From an uncultured Actinomycetes bacterium (GTDB lineage Bacteria; Actinomycetota; Actinomycetes; S36-B12), in the NCBI GenBank assembly GCA_903918595.1, contig CAIXFB010000301.1, positions 1 through 38,561 of the forward strand: a DNA stretch of 38,561 bases, read 5' to 3'. Below the pieces are notes generated by a model, which was not told the DNA's origin, did not search any database, and saw only the letters and a list, made by a program, of their open reading frames with translations. The position numbers were made by a program, and so were the translations under genes. Shown one piece after another: positions 38,330-38,561 of this stretch (positions are counted from its first letter, which is position 1; every line of letters starts with the position of its first letter).

Positions 38330-38561
38330 GTGGCGGGTTCACCTGATTTGAGAGTCTCAGTTCACCCATTTAGGTTGGGAAGGCTCGGTTGTTATGGCTT
38401 GTCGAAGAAATCAATCGCCAGCGGAGACTGTCCAGCTTTTACAGCGCTTTGATGAGGTTCTGGATCAAGGTGTCAAGGTATAGCGCGCATGCAGGGAAAT
38501 CGACGCTAGTGCCCCGCGTACTACAAGTGGCGGAGACGCTACGACGGGATGAGTATGAACC
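38330..38561 (+). mobile_element. Decayed IS3-family (IS407-group-like) left end and OrfA remnant, running off the window
   Basis: From ATG 38394: MACRRNQSPAETVQLLQRFDEVLDQGVKV*RACREIDASA/(frameshift)YYKWRRRYDGMS, matching the OrfA HTH pattern ...CRE.G.S..TYYKWR..YGGM. TAG is at 38481. The left boundary is approximate. Confidence 0.75.

Noticed and set aside
1-38561. CRISPR array, integron attC array, tRNA/rRNA, prophage or defence genes
   Set aside because: No regularly spaced repeats, integrase, RNA-gene signature or phage/defence motifs were seen by eye; a covariance-model scan was not possible.

Overview
A 38.6 kb mosaic cell-surface glycan biosynthesis island of roughly balanced GC. The host is probably an actinobacterium; this is inferred from the priming sugar transferase architecture, the IS3 element type, and repeated TANNNT-N6-start leaderless promoters. 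The assembly core is a priming polyprenyl-phosphate glycosylphosphotransferase, two paralogous single-chain ABC exporters resembling Wzk/PglK flippases, and an O-antigen ligase-like protein. Sugar and modifying genes include a colC/fcl-colD GDP-colitose module facing a GT11, a GT10, several GT2/GT4 enzymes, an AsnB-like amidotransferase, a 4,6-dehydratase, two nucleotidyltransferases, four intact SAM methyltransferase-like genes, a polyprenol-phosphate GT2 and four GT-C-like membrane proteins. The island is turning over: it holds one full-length but nonsense-inactivated IS3, two IS3 remnants that are not obvious from the ORF track, and at least five pseudogenes. The best candidate for an undescribed system is a Helicobacter-style pathway (priming transferase, Wzk-like flippase, ligase/oligosaccharyltransferase, GT10, GT11) building a colitosylated, methylated, Lewis-like glycan in a probable monoderm host. 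No rRNA, tRNA or CRISPR array was seen. All functional calls come from motif recognition by eye; no database searches were run.
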